Part shown: one piece after another, positions 12,504 through 27,876 of the stretch
Layout of the letters: each line of letters opens with the position of its first letter
Position numbering within the stretch: the stretch's first letter is position 1
Assembly: GCA_044892525.1 (NCBI GenBank)
Contig: CM097885.1
Location: 35,094,001-35,158,000 of the forward strand
Reading direction: 5' to 3'
Source of the DNA: Schmidtea polychroa
Lineage: Eukaryota
Length of the DNA stretch: 64,000 bases
Made by a program: the position numbers and the translations under genes
The notes under the pieces: model-generated
Told to the model about the DNA's origin: nothing
Database searches by the model: none
Seen by the model: the letters and a program-made list of their open reading frames with translations, nothing else

Positions 12504-13698
12504 TTATAATTTTTAATAAATAATTAAATCAACATTGCTAGTTTTTAATTATTAAAAAGCTTCAGTTTTCATATCTTTATCGTGTATGATAAAAAAACTA
12601 TACTTTTTTGTGTGAAATTATGTTATAAAAATGTTTCAATATTGTTGGGCTTTGGAGATTGTATAGAAAACTCGTCGAACAAAAATTAAACTTTAAACTT
12701 TAATAAAACTTTTGAAAACTCAAAAGATTATTATTTTATTTAGGGGAGCATAGTCTAATTTTAAATATATTTAGGATGTGGTTATTAAATTTTAGATGGA
12801 TTTATCCATAGAGTATATAATTAAATCTTATGCTTCTAGTTAATTTTCACTTTTTAAAACGTATATTTATTATGATCGAATATTAATTTTTAATTTTAAT
12901 CAACACCAAAATTTTCTGATCTAATATTTCAAAAAACAAATTCTAAATAATAATTTTGTGAAAAAGAATTTCCTGATTTTTAATGTGATCTTTATGATAT
13001 TATAAAAAATTGATTAAAAATAATTTTTTAAGTTTGTTTATTTATTGTGGAAAATGTCGACGGTGAAAATTGAATTGATTGAAGAAACTGATTTATGATT
13101 GTAAAATTCTACCAAGAAAATTGTGTTTCATTTATTTTAAGTAAGAAAAGTAATCGACAAAAAATGTTTTCATAAAAAAAGTTTTATTTACAGAAATGAC
13201 AAATATTTTCTTTTTGAAAAAATTTGTTGAAATATTTACACAATATTTTCTAAACTTTCAACTCTACATTCATATTTTATTAAAAATTTATTTAATCAGG
13301 TAAAGTTTTAAAAAAAATTTAATTAATTACGTGATTATTGTGTGATCATTAATATTTAGTTTATTTCTGAATAGTTTAAATTTAATATTATAATATTAGT
13401 CAAATTTATTTATAAAAATATTAATAACAATTCTCAAAATGTTGGAAAAACATAATTGCAATGTAATAGTTATTTTTTTAATTTTGGAAATTCTTCACGA
13501 CCTTAGGAGAACAAATAAATATTAGACTGTAGTTTTGAGTTTTAAATTTTTAAAATGAAATAAGGAGTTTTACAGAAAATAGCAAAAAGGTTAAAATACA
13601 TTTATAATATTTATAATATATTTCAAAATCGAAAATTCATAATTTCGTTTTTTGAATGACACTTGAAATAAGCAGCAAATGCTTACCGTTTATTATTG

Positions 13699-13789
<91 letters not shown>

Positions 13790-15288
13790 CATAATTAACC
13801 TGTAAATTTTTATAAATAGCGAAACCGAAGTAATAGAGGAAATTGGTCTAAAATTCCTCTACTAAACGGAAATTGAGTTATATGGAAAATTCTATGCGCC
13901 ATTTAAAATATTTTATAAAATTAAACAAAATATTTACATTTGTATATTTAAATTTCGCTTTTTAAATGAAATGTTATTTTTTTTTGCATTTTCACTGTGT
14001 AAGAAAATATAAATATGACAATATTTTTTTTAAGATATTATAAGAACTTTTTTCAATTTCACTTCTGATTTCTTTTCAATTGACTTTGTATTTATTAAAA
14101 TTTGACTGTGAATCATTAAAGATATCGATGTTTTTTTTATATTCACAAACTTTCGGCACACTTATATTCATTTAAATATTATATAAATTTTTACACATAC
14201 AAAAAGGTACTTAATTTGGTCACTTTTGTTAATTATTAAAATTTATATCCCGAAAATTCATAGTAAATCTTATACTGTTTTTTTATTCACGTTTACAATA
14301 TTTACTTTAAATATATTTTCAAGCATATAAATATTATACAGTAGACACGCGTATAAACATGATGAAAGGAGCAGAAAAGAACCCATTATACAATGTAAAA
14401 ATTTGGGATTATCTCCTCGAGGAAAAAAAATCAAATCAAAAATTGGATAAATATTTGCAGTTAATAATATGTAATAATTCAGTAATACATGAAAATGCGT
14501 TAGCAGAAATGTTTAACACTGTTCTGTCATTTTTATTGGAAAGAATAAATAGAAAAATTACAATGGGCTTGATTTCAATGTTTTGGACATATCTATGAAA
14601 TATTGTTTACAAAGTAAACAATATAAAGGAAAGAGTAGATTGTGAATATATATTATGGGTCCTGTGAAATCATAAATTCCATAAGTAGAACTCAAATTAG
14701 CGATTTATTTGAACGTATTCAACAAACGATGCGAAAAGAAAAAGCAGAAGGCATCAATATCACTGATTTGGAAATGGGTTTGTAAATTGAAAAACATTTC
14801 AACACGTATTTAAAATAAAGGAAAGAAGTCACATAATAGTCATTGACTCATAAATTTGTTCTCTTAAATTCTTATTTAAAAATATAGAGGTACTACAAAT
14901 ATTGCATTAAATTCATAAATGAAAATGTAACATACAGACTCTTACATTTTAGTATGGGATGTGAAAGTCTTTACGGAAATTATTTATTGTCAGCTGCTCT
15001 TTACTAGTTATACAGAATCCTTTTTCATGACAACTCTTCACAAGAGATCCATATGTTTGTTTCCTAAATCGTAATCCAATCTCCAATTATGTCAAAACCA
15101 ATATTATGCCTTCTTTTATTTATATTAAAGCTCTAAATTATTTTTTTATTATCCATATAATGCAATTTATTGTTTATTTAAATAATTATTTAGAAAATTG
15201 CATATAATATTTATGTATTACTAAGAAGCTACTTAAATTGTATAAAGATTATGAAAAATTGTGGTTTTTTTAGTTTTGCCCATACGTT

Positions 15289-15355
<67 letters not shown>

Positions 15356-15375
15356 GTAATAATAAAAATAATAAA

Positions 15376-15433
<58 letters not shown>

Positions 15434-15595
15434 TCTTAAAATAGAAATAAAAAATTATTAAAACTGCTTAAATTTGAAAGAAATTTATTATTAATTATTA
15501 AATTTATTAATAGAAAAAAATTAATTAAAATTATTTTCTTGTAATAAATTTTATATTAAATAATCGGTAAATAAAATCTAATTAAAATGTTTTAC

Positions 15596-15828
15596 TTGCA
15601 AACACACATCGTATCATTCATAGGCAGCAACTTGTGCTTTGGCATTGGATGGGTATGCTTATCCTCACAACATTTGTCTGGATAGCTGTCCGTTTCGCTG
15701 TGTTCCCTAATAAAATGAAGGTCGCACGTTGATGAGAAATCAGATATCCATTTCCCATGCGTACCAGACATGATGCTTGCTGATAAGGTTAGGGCAGCTG
15801 TCACCACAGACATGCAAGCACAGACAAT
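15596..15828 (-). CDS. Sarcospan/CD20-like protein, exon 3
   Basis: ttttag acceptor, GT donor at 15595. IVCACMSVVTAALTLSASIMSG (TM3) followed by a Cys-rich loop. Confidence 0.8.
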
Positions 15829-17865
15829 CTAAAATACATATGAGTTTTTAAACAGAAACATGTTAATAAAATAAATAAATAAAAATTATTTGAATTTTGA
15901 GATATGGTAATGTAAATTGCACCTCAACCTCATTGCATAAAATCGAAAGTCAATAAATATGATGGACCCATAGAGTTATCATTTTAAAATAAATTAATGA
16001 CAATCATAATTTTTGAAAAAGGTAGTGCCTAAAATCTATGTTAAATGGAAATTGTGACTGATTTTACTGGTTATTTTAAACATTTAAATAAATATGTTAA
16101 GAGTGAAATTTTGTTATTCAAAACTTTTTTTTATTAGATACCTTTAATATTGAAATATTTTTCCGTAAGCCTTTTACTATACCACATAATGAAATGTAAT
16201 ACATATCCTATGGAACCTATGTAATATATATTAACTAATATATTTATCGAAAAACTTGAAGACTATGAATCAGTAAATATATCGATGTATTTGATATTCA
16301 TGAATTTTCGGCACTGTTTTCTTCAAGTGAATTTAATCTAATTAGATCGATATATTTACTGATTGAGTCTTCAAGCTTTTTAATAAATACAATGGAAGAG
16401 AAATCAGTGGTGAAATTGGAAAAAATGTTCTTATATTACTAATGTATATTTAAAACACAATTAAAAATGATTACAATGTAGTTTTTTGGTAATTATTTGA
16501 GTAGAATTGTAGTAATTTAATTTCGTTCAAGACCCACATAATTGTTATCATAATTAATCTACAAAACACATCGTGAACATCCAAATATAACAAAAAATAA
16601 CACTAAAAATAAATAATATTTACATAAAAATAAAATTAAATGAACTCAATGAAAATAAATTTTATTTAATTTAACAGGAAATAATGATATGTGATTAACG
16701 AATAATTTATCAAAAATGAAAGCAAATATATTTAGATAAAATTATTTATTATTTAAATTTGTATATTTCAGTCTTTCTTAAAAACGACAAGAAAAATATA
16801 TTATTTTAATTACAGAATTTGCTGGAGAAATTTAAATAATTGATGCAACTTCGACAAACAAATTACAATTGATAAAACTTGTTACATTAAAATATTTAAA
16901 TTGTTTAATTTTATCCCATTACATGATAAAAAATGTATTTTTTCTCTAAAATGTCTTAAAAAATCCTTAACTATTATTATTACTGATATTATTATTTGTA
17001 ATAATGAATAATGAATGAATGAAAGAAAGATGGCGAAACTTTATTAATTAAAATACACAAACTAAACAATATTGTGCTATATATTTCGACCGCTTATCAA
17101 CTTTATTTAGGCTATAAATCGAGTTAATAACTAATAACTGAAAATAATGAATATTTAAACAAAACTTTCACTAATAAAAGTCCTCAAACTGTGTCGAAAA
17201 CCATTTTTAAAATTAATTTAAAAAACTGAAAAAAGAACAAAATCTATTATCATTTTATCAAAGGCATTCTCAAACTTAAGAAAATTAAAAAATCAAATTT
17301 AAATTTTTTTTGTTAAAATAAAATATTCTACCAAATTTTCAATATACAACCTTCAGCATTAAATTGCTTAAATAGATTCAAAATATCACTAGAATGAGTA
17401 ATTTGAGCATTGAATCTAGGATTGAGTATTGAGTGTTTGGTAAAATGTTTATATAATGTTTATATATTGTTTATATAATGTTTATACAACACTAACAATA
17501 AAATTTAATTTAATAATCTGGTATTTAATTTCCTTTTGTAGGGTTATTGGGTCGTTGGTGAAATTTAAATTTAATGAATTATTTCTCTGATCCACAAATA
17601 AAAATTAACTCTGGAAACTTTATTGAATATCACAAATATTTTCACAATGATACAATTGGCTCAACAAGCTAACTACCGATTCTAAAGTACTTTTTTTATT
17701 TTTTTTATATTTTACACTTTTGTTTAAATCAAATTATTATATAAACTTGTACATGTTTGAATGTCAACATAAAACTTTTAAAAATTATTATTATTTAAGT
17801 GTCAATTTATCTCTTTCAATGCAGAAAATTCACATTCCAGTATAGCAATAAATATATTGTATTGA

Positions 17866-17912
17866 GTTGTAGTATTGTAGTATTGTAGTATTGTAGTATT
17901 GTAGTATTGTAG
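17866..17912. repeat. (GTAGTATT)n 8-bp tandem repeat
   Basis: About five direct copies. Confidence 0.9.
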
Positions 17913-18852
17913 AAGTTTAGAATTAACAAATTAAGTTAAATTTGATTTCCAATATCTTTCACTAAGTCTAATTGATTTAAATATTATTTATACAAAAAAG
18001 ATATTTTGTTAAACTTGTCAAATCAGATAAATAACAAAAGTGAAAATCTCACAATATACTTAAGTAAACTATCTATTTTATAAGTAAATAATGATTATGT
18101 GACTATTTGTTAAAATATAACCAATCGAAATATAAATCAAGAGCAAAATAAAAAATGACAAAAATTGTAAAAAAGATATGTATAGAGAGATTTTATAAGA
18201 GTTCTGATATTTTTATCTATTTAAAATCATCGTAATTTGTTTTGTTTAATTTGCAAATAACCAAAATGTAACTTTCAAAACAAAATATTAAATTTAACTA
18301 AATAAAAAATGTGAAAAAAAGCGTAAATAAATATTAAATTTGAACTGTCTGATGCTATTAGATGGGGAATTAGTTTGTCTGGCGTTTATGAGGATTATTA
18401 TTTAGCTTGACTATCTATTATTATTTTGTTTTAAATTTACATAAGTTTTCATCATAGCGTTTTATCAAAATTTATGTTAAATATAGAAAAATGTAAAAAA
18501 GAATACAAATTTTTACAGATAATAAAATCTTTCATAAATTTAAATTAATCTACAAAATCAAAATCGCCATATTTCATTTGAGGCGACATAATTAACTGTC
18601 AATGATACTTGATTGTTGTTGGTTATTTTCTCATGATTCCTCCCTTCCTCTTATTAACAAGGGAAAACACATATTTTATAGATAGATTGAAAATAAGTGT
18701 TTTTCATAAGGATTAGATTTTACTTTTTTATTCTACATAATTTTTGGCAAAGGAAAAAGTTAATTTTATTTACCAATTTTTCCTATCATTTGACTGAGTA
18801 CCAATTCCATATCAGTTAAACATAATTTATTCTACTAAAGAAAACAATATAC

Positions 18853-18939
18853 CTTGACAAGTCTTGATAAATGTGACCGTTTGTATATTTCGTGGTCAGA
18901 CAGACAGAAATAAAGACCAAATGTTCCACTGCAGAGTAA
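18853..18939 (-). CDS. Sarcospan/CD20-like protein, exon 2
   Basis: 87-bp phase-0 exon between ttttag and GT: LLCSGTFGLYFCLSDHEIYKRSHLSRLVK. It completes the WAGLP-LLxSGxxG motif begun in exon 1. Too short for the ORF track. Confidence 0.8.
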
Positions 18940-19266
18940 CTAAAAATACAAATTACAATTTGCAATAATAAAATTTATTTATTTACAAAGTTTTTTAGAA
19001 TAATATTTATCAAATTTATTTACTCAAAAATAAAATATTTACTAAATAAACAATGTTCATGAAATTCAATGTATGATTTTAAATTCACGATTTTTATCAT
19101 AATATTGACTGAATTTTATATTTTATTTATATTTTGGATTTGTATGTCAACTTGAATTTTAACTTTTATAATTTATTAACCAAAAATTATCAGATTTTAA
19201 AATGCATATTTCTAATTTTGTAGAATAATTGAAATTTTACATGAATGCAAAGCAATGTATTAGTTA

Positions 19267-19443
<177 letters not shown>

Positions 19444-19498
19444 GTTAGGGTTGTCAGTAAAAAATCATTGAATAACACATTTAATTAAAAATTAAGTG

Positions 19499-20830
19499 CA
19501 GGTAAATGTCGTTTTGCGCCGGTTGGTGGCGGCGTGGGATTCCACGTTTTTTATGTTATAGAAAATCTTATATTTCGGAATTAGGTGTATTACCGTGTAT
19601 GCGAGCAGACTATTGTGTGTGTGAAATTGTTTCAGAGTTAATTTTCATTCTGTTTTTTAGAAAAATAAAATGGTATGATTATATATTTCATTTTATTATT
19701 ATTAAAATTAAAAGAATATTCAATTTGAAGTTTCATTATGGGCGACAATAGTGATTTAGAACCCATATATTGTGCGAAAAAGGCAAAACCAATATGCCTG
19801 GAGACAAAAGTGGACGTATTTAAAAGCATTGAAGACGGCCAAACCCGACCTTTTGCCTGCAGAGCTGTAAATTTACTCCAAACAGTACGACGTACACACT
19901 GACAACAATTATGAAAAACACTGAGAAAATAAAACATTCTGTTCAACAGACAATGGCTCTAAGTGTAAAACTCGTAACTTACAGTCGGACCAAAAATATA
20001 GAGAAAATGTAAAAAATGTTAGTATTGTGGGTTAATGACACAATCAAAAAAATATTCCTGTCGCACAAGTATTCATATGCGAAAAAGTGAAGTTGACTTT
20101 TTCTGATTTGAAGGTGCAATAAAACACTGACGCAACTTTCTTGGCATACTTTTGGTGGTTCACGAGATTCAAATCTCAAACCAATATCCATTAAACTAAG
20201 CGGCGAAGCATCGAGCGCTAATGTAGCAGCAGTGGCAGCTTACACTCAAAAATTTCCAGATATTGCCAGATACCCAGCAGATCTCATATTCAAATATTTC
20301 CAGATACCTAGCAGATCTCATATTCAATTTTGATGAAACAGTCTTTTATTGGAAGAAGTTGCCATTGAGAAAGTTTATTTCGCGAGAAGAACGTAGCGCT
20401 CCAGGATTTAAAGCGGCCTGACATCTTAAGATCAAATGTTTCTGGTTCCTTAAAATTAAAGCCAATGGTAGTTAACCATTCCCAGAATCCACAGGTTTTT
20501 AAAGGTCTTGACAAAAGCTCCCTGCCAGTTTTTAGGAGGTGGAATAAAAGGGGGTGGGCCACTCAGGTTTTCAGAGACTGGTATAAAAATTATTTTTGTC
20601 CTACTGTGCTTTAATTTTTTGATCGAAATAACCTTCCAAAAAAAGTAATCCTCCTATTAGAAAATGCCCTGCAAAATCCTGACACCTTGGACAAAGTAAT
20701 TTACATGCCTCCTAACACAACTTCCATATCACAATCCATGGATTGGGGGTTAATATTTACCTTTAAAGCGTTTTTTTTGCGCATAACATTAAAAGTAATG
20801 ATTAAGGCGATAGATACTAATTATTTATAT
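19499..20830 (+). mobile_element. Tigger/pogo transposon remnant
   Basis: Frameshifted fragments IKLSGEASSA, FNFDETVFYWKKLP, KLKPMVVNHSQNP, MPPNTTSISQSMDWGLIFTFKA (CENP-B/DDE_1 family). Begins CAGGTAAA. Confidence 0.88.
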
Positions 20831-21118
20831 CAAGAGATTATTATTCATTTTGTAAACCAATTTAAACTGTATTTATTAGACGACGTTTGCTTGTATTTAT
20901 ATAACTTTGTTTTTCGTAAGCCATTAAGAAGTTATGTAGGTACGCATGTGTTCTTTGGTCGCGAAAAGGTATAAACCTTCAACCAAAATCAAGAATTTTA
21001 ATATGAAGGTTTCTTGTCAAAATTTTGCAGAAAAGTCTATCCAGCGATTGATTATATACGTGTATTAGTTATTCGGATAAAGATGTTTGAATAATGGCTA
21101 TCGAGCTAAATAAAAATT

Positions 21119-21305
21119 AAATTAAAAAGAGAGTTTGAAGACTATAAATCAGTAATATATCGATGTTTGTTGATACTCACGAATTTTCGGTACTGCCTTT
21201 TCGAAAATTCGTGAGTATCAACAAACATCGATATATCAAACTCTCTTTTTAATTCAATGGATAAAATAATCATTGGTGAAATTGGAAGAAATAAAAGTTC
21301 TTATA
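21119..21305. repeat. Dispersed palindromic repeat family
   Basis: Hairpin atatatcgatgtttgttgatactcacgaattttcg...cgaaaattcgtgagtatcaacaaacatcgatatat plus tail ggtgaaattggaa. Related copies at ~16255-16435, ~34430-34575 and partial ~42470-42508. Confidence 0.85.
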
Positions 21306-23849
21306 ATAATAAATATAAATTAAACATGAAACACGAATTATGTCGACGATAAAATATTATTTTCATATTTGTCAAGTCAGGTTTTACTAATGGAAACAAA
21401 TATAGTAAATTATTTTTTGGGAAATATATTTTTTGTTTTAAATATGTTATAATAACATTTGTCAACTTAGAGAAATTCTGATAAAAATTAAAATGGAAAT
21501 ACTTATAGTCATTTAAGGAACGCTATTTGAGCTAATTCAATTTTACAAGAAAGCTTTTTATGTTTATTTAGAAGTTATATCAAGTTGTGAGATTCAATGA
21601 CAATTAAAACAAAACTATGAGTTTAGTTTATTTAATATATTTGTGAGATAATAAGTTTAATTTTATTAAAAGAAATGAAAATGGTTAAACGAAATGTTTA
21701 TTTTGGAAATTTAAAAGAAATTTAACGTCCGTGACATATATAGAGAAGTGTCCTTCAATTTGCAATAGGATTATTGAATTTTACACCTCGAAAATATCTT
21801 TTCTACCATACTTAAAACTTATTTATCAACCACAAAGGAAAAGAAAGATTTAAACAAATTAACTTTTTAAAGTGGGAATAGAGTTTCAAATTTTATTAAA
21901 AACTTAATTTATTCACCGGAAAAATAAAAATGTATGGAATATTTAGTATGACTATTTCAAAGTTGTGAGACTTGTAATATGAAATGCTAAAATGTTTTCA
22001 AGGCATTCAGTATTTGTTCTGTTAAGGTGAAATAAAGAAATTTATTGTAATAACATTTTAATTTGGGTTGTTTTTTTTCAATTCTGGTAAAACAAATGAT
22101 AACAACATTTATTATTCAATTACAATTTTTCATACTAGACAATGAAAAAAAATAATAAATTTGTTTTAATAAATGATAATAAATTTATGAAGTTTAATTT
22201 GTTCGTTTAAGTTATTAAATTAATAAATATCTCTATTTAAATTCATTAAATGAATAAGTTGTTTTATTTAAATTTTATTTTATATATCGATTATAAAGTA
22301 ATCCTTTTCAGTCTAATCCAAATATTAGGCAATAAATCAGAATCTTTCTTAATTTTTTTGTTTCTTTTACTCATTTAATGTATTATTGATTGTATTATAT
22401 AATTGTATAATTGATTGCAATGAAAAAATATATAAAAAGGTAGTGTCGAAAATTTGTGTTAAATATAAAATATTGATCGATAGTCTAGCAAATGAGATAA
22501 AGATAAAGAATATTGAAAAAAAGATCAATGGTGAAGAAAATACGAGAAAATTATTTTGTATTAATTACCATGACGATTAATTACAGATTTTCTTCTCAGT
22601 TTAAATTTTTATTCTACGATTCCTCTACCTAATTATAACAATCCAAGCGGATTAAATCTATATGAAGATTTTCTTTTGATTATTTTTTCGTTTTGTATTT
22701 TAAACAATGATGAAAAATCTTGAAATTAAATGAATGGACTCTTGAATATTTTTAAAGGCAGTTGCGTATCAAATGTTAAAATGATTTTGATTATTTCCTT
22801 CATTAATGAGATCTTAATTTCCTTGAATTTCCTTCAAGATTTTATGTTTTAATTGGTCTTGGTTTCAGGGGAAATTGTTTTAATTTGACTGGCAATTCTC
22901 CATTAAAACAAACTAAATTAATATTGAAAGTGTTTGTCCTAATTTATTTTTTTTTAAATAAGTAATTTAAATTTTAAACCAACCAATAGAAGGCATTCAA
23001 GATCAACTTCTATGAAGATAAAGATTGTACGTATAAAATAAAAAAATTGAAAAGGAAAAATTTTTTTTAAGATAAGATATAAGATATAAGATATAAAAAG
23101 GCTGATTGCTCTTGGAATGCTAGCCACATTGACATGAACATTTTACGGTATCACTATTTACAAAAAAATAAATGTAAAATTTTATAAATTTTTCATTAGA
23201 TTTATACACGACAATAAGGGATACATTTAATTTGAAAATTTATATTACGAAAAAAATTATTATGAGAAAATATCCTCCTAGTTCAAAGTGTTAAATAATC
23301 CAAATAAAAGCTTGTAATGAAAATGTGTGACTGATATTGTAAATGAAATTAAGGAATGACACAGAAAATACATGTATAATGTGAAATATTGTTTACGTGA
23401 GAATTTCACTCAAAACAAGTAAATTGGAAAGTTAAACCAATTTATTGGCATCAGGTTACAAATGAAGTACATAGATTAAAACAAGCAAAGTTTCGTAAAT
23501 TAATGAATATAAAAGTAAAACAAATGACAACAAGTAAAAATTTGTTAAGTCGATTACGTCAAGTACAATAACGCAAGTTCTTTATTGGGTGTGAGCAACA
23601 TAAAATTTACCAAGCACAAATATTGGTCTTGAAAGTTCAAAATTGTAATCTATTGCTTGTCATAGCAAAGCTAAAATTACAGGAATTTATATGTTGATAT
23701 TAAAAAATAGTCTACAACATGCACAACAAGTCATATTTGTGAAAATTTTGAAAAAATCTTGTTTGCCTTAAATCAGTAAAATGTGAGAAATTTCAACAGC
23801 ACTTTATAAATGCTTTTTGTCAATAATATTCAAAATAATAATATGCGAG

Positions 23850-23905
<56 letters not shown>

Positions 23906-23946
23906 TAATAATAATAAAAATAATAATAATAATAATAACAATAATA

Positions 23947-24015
<69 letters not shown>

Positions 24016-24020
24016 TAATA

Positions 24021-24104
<84 letters not shown>

Positions 24105-24514
24105 TAATAATAATATAAGTGATGATTTCTTGGTTGTAGCATTAAATCAATGTTAAATCCTAAATGATAATTTAAGCTTTTTGCTGCGAAGTATATATTC
24201 AATAAAATGAAAGAATTTTCAACTATATAATGAGCCCTTTTGAATTTCTTGTAATTTAACTGCTTCAATTTTCAAATGCTCTTTGATCTTCTCTTTAATT
24301 TCCATTTCTCTCTTCTCATTGGTTCAAAATAAAATAAATCAAAATAAAACATTTTTATAGAATTTAAAATTAAAGTTACTCTAAAATTCTAAAAAAAAGT
24401 TTTTAAAGCTTTTTATTTATTTGTATTTATTAATATGAAATAAGAGTGGAAAATTGAAAACGTTCTTATAAAATATATTTCACAACTATAAATATGTATA
24501 ACAACAAATATATA

Positions 24515-24561
<47 letters not shown>

Positions 24562-24699
24562 TCATTTAAAAATTTTAAACATAATTGTAAATTGATTTTT
24601 ATTCCTAATGATTCTGCAAAGTTTACTTCCTTAAAATTTGATCTAGTTATTTATATTATTTTTAAAATATTATTTTTTACAAAGAAAATATTCTCAACG

Positions 24700-25005
24700 T
24701 CAAATTGATCAGACTAGTGATATCATTGCTTGTTGATTGTTGACGGTCTGTTTATCATAAGAATTACCCTTTTAAATCTGACATTTTTCTTTTGAATGTG
24801 TCCATCGGCTAAGATTTCAATTAAAATATTTTTTGTTTCTTTACTTGGTTGACATTGTTGGAGATGTCTATATACCGAGGATTTTTCAGCATGATCTAGT
24901 TGTTCTTTAACTCTTTGGTGCAAGTATATTTCTAAGTATACATCACACGTGATGCAATAGACAATTTCATCGAATATATACTTCGCAGCAAAAGGTTAAT
25001 TTAAT
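24700..25005 (-). mobile_element. Penelope-like retroelement fragment (GIY-YIG endonuclease C-terminal part)
   Basis: VYCITC...LHQRVKEQ...KSSVYRHLQQC...IEILA...RPSTINKQ matches the PLE GIY-YIG pattern. Abuts an (ATT)n tract. Confidence 0.7.
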
Positions 25006-25012
25006 TGTATAA

Positions 25013-25171
<159 letters not shown>

Positions 25172-25890
25172 TAATATTTACCAGGCCTAGAAATATATTT
25201 AATATTGGTTCATTTACAATAATATTTTTTTGTTTACATCATTGACAATAAATAAAATTTTGAATCCTATCACCTAATTTTATTTCAATTAAAAGTTGTC
25301 GAGGGAAGAAAAACTCCCTCGTCAGGTGACGATATAAAATATCTTGAGCTGAATTTTTCTCCATTTTCCAAATTTTTATTTATTAATAATTTTCCACTAT
25401 AAAATCTAGACATAATTGATATAAAATATTCTTGAAGATTTATCGAATCTAGACATCCGTTCCAATTTACTAAACGTAACAGCCTCGATTATCAAATTTG
25501 TTTTCATTTATTTATTGAATTTATTTTTGGTAAATAATTATGAGTTTTGATCAAGGATTTCCAAGAGTTCCTATCAGTGATACGTTTCTATAGAGGGATT
25601 TACTATTTTTATAAAAAATATTTAAACTTGATTGGCGTTGCTAAATTTTTCAAAGATTTTTTAAAATCAAAATGAGGAACTGGGAAATTTTATAAGTTAT
25701 TTAATTTTAATAAATTTTGAAAATTTTTAAAACGAAGTAGCAAAATAATTTACTTATTTATAACAATTTTTTCATGTTTTGTAAATATATTAAATTTAAT
25801 TTGATTTTCCGAAATTTTATTTTTGCTATTGCATTCAATAATTTATTTGAATTTTATATTTTAACTAAATATTCATTAAATTTTAAACTG

Positions 25891-25962
<72 letters not shown>

Positions 25963-27202
25963 TAATTAAATTATATTATTTTTATTTTATAAATATTTTA
26001 TGATTTCCACTTAAGTTTTAACATTTGACATAAATTTGGAACTAAATTATTCAAAATCTTTCAGATTATGAAATATGTGTGATTGAATTATTTTGCTACT
26101 TAAAAAAATTATTTTAATGATGAAGAATTAACGCTCATCAATCTTGATTAAATATATTATTAAATTTATGTAATTTATTAATTATTGAAATTGACTGAAC
26201 TAAGATATATATATAGAAAGTAATTGAACATCATCTGAAAGAGGAAAAATTCAACTACAGAAAATTAATTGCTGGGTAAATTCGAAATGAATTCTTATAA
26301 TCCTAGACAATAATCCATCTTTTTTTGGATAAAATTTTAGAACGCTAAAGCGCAAGTCTTTTGTTATTGGCATTGAAATATTTTTTGATTAAAGATATAA
26401 ACGATGACAGATGAAGATTGCAATGTCAATAATTGGTACATCTTTTCGTAACATCTCTCGATTCTCCTCAACGTTTCTCTGGCCTCTCCTGTTAAAAACA
26501 AACAACAAAAACTTGTGATGAATGTTTTTCTGGAACGCGTTGTCTTCTCAAATGATTTATCATGTCACTTGTTTCCAGTCCGATCCAGTTTTAATTCAGT
26601 CTTATTAAAATATTTTGTTTTAATTGATTAGTTAATTGTCATTAAAAGTTTGAAAATTGGTTTTATTGATATTAACATGAAAACACATTTTTATCAGTGC
26701 GCAGGTATCGATTGAAAATATTTTTTGGGACAATTTGAGGAGCATAATTTATTTATTTATAATTTAACTGCTAAGGGATATGAAAAAAATTATTTTAAAT
26801 TATAAAAAAAATAATTAATTTTAGTTAAAATAAATAAGATAAATAAATGACATGATGATAAATGCAGACAAATTATTAAAATTTATTAGATTTTAATTTA
26901 ACATGTTCGTTTTTTATTTATTTTTTTAATACAAAAGAAAAAATATTTCTTAAGATATTTCCATTGATCTCTATAAGTTATTTTTCCTCTTTCAGGAATT
27001 TGTCGCATATCATATGGGTTAATTTTATTTTAAGTTATTATGTAAAATATTTGTTATAAGTAAAATGCAAATATTTGTGTGACTTGTTTTAATATTTTAA
27101 ATTACATATAGTAAGAATAAAAATTTTAAATAATTGATTTAAAAATCGCAAATGCATTTTAACCAGCATTCAGTCTTTTTAATTATAATAATTGTTTATT
27201 AA

Positions 27203-27701
27203 GAGTCTACGACAAAAGGCCGATATTGACAAAAGACCGATGAGGACAAATAGCTTACAGGCTTAAAGGCCGACAGAGATCAAAGCCGACTAAGTAATTT
27301 TATAATTTTATAGGATAAATAAACAATTAAAATAACATCATTTATTTAAAGAAAAAGATGCAGAAAAATATTTCTACAATAAAAATCTAAAAACTTAAAT
27401 TATACGCTATTCCCCGTAAAAAAAATTATGTAGAATATTTCAGGATGATTTTTTCCAACCAATATTTGCCATATTCTGTGCGACTCCTTTACTTTGTTTT
27501 GAGTTCTTAGAATGGCGTTTATTTCGTTGTCATATACAGACTAAATTTATAATAATAAATAAGTATTATTGAAACAATTTAAAATTATGTTTATTCTTTA
27601 CAATAAAAACTTTTAAATTATAATATATGAATTAAATTATCTTTTTGTTTGCTTTTGTTCATGTCGGCCTTTTGTCTATGTCGTCCTTTTGTCCGGATCC
27701 C
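27203..27701 (-). mobile_element. Mutator-like (MULE) non-autonomous element
   Basis: 9-bp TSD GTTTATTAA and inverted subterminal GACAAAAGGCCGA repeats. Internal minus-strand remnants GKNHPEIF and LRGIAYN are typical of MULE transposase C-termini. Confidence 0.85.
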
Positions 27702-27731
27702 GTTTATTAATATTATTATTATTATTATTAC

Positions 27732-27876
<145 letters not shown>

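Noticed and set aside
26380..26780. Possible piggyBac remnant
   Set aside because: Only vague Cys-rich scraps and a partial end; no TTAA-flanked TIR pair found.
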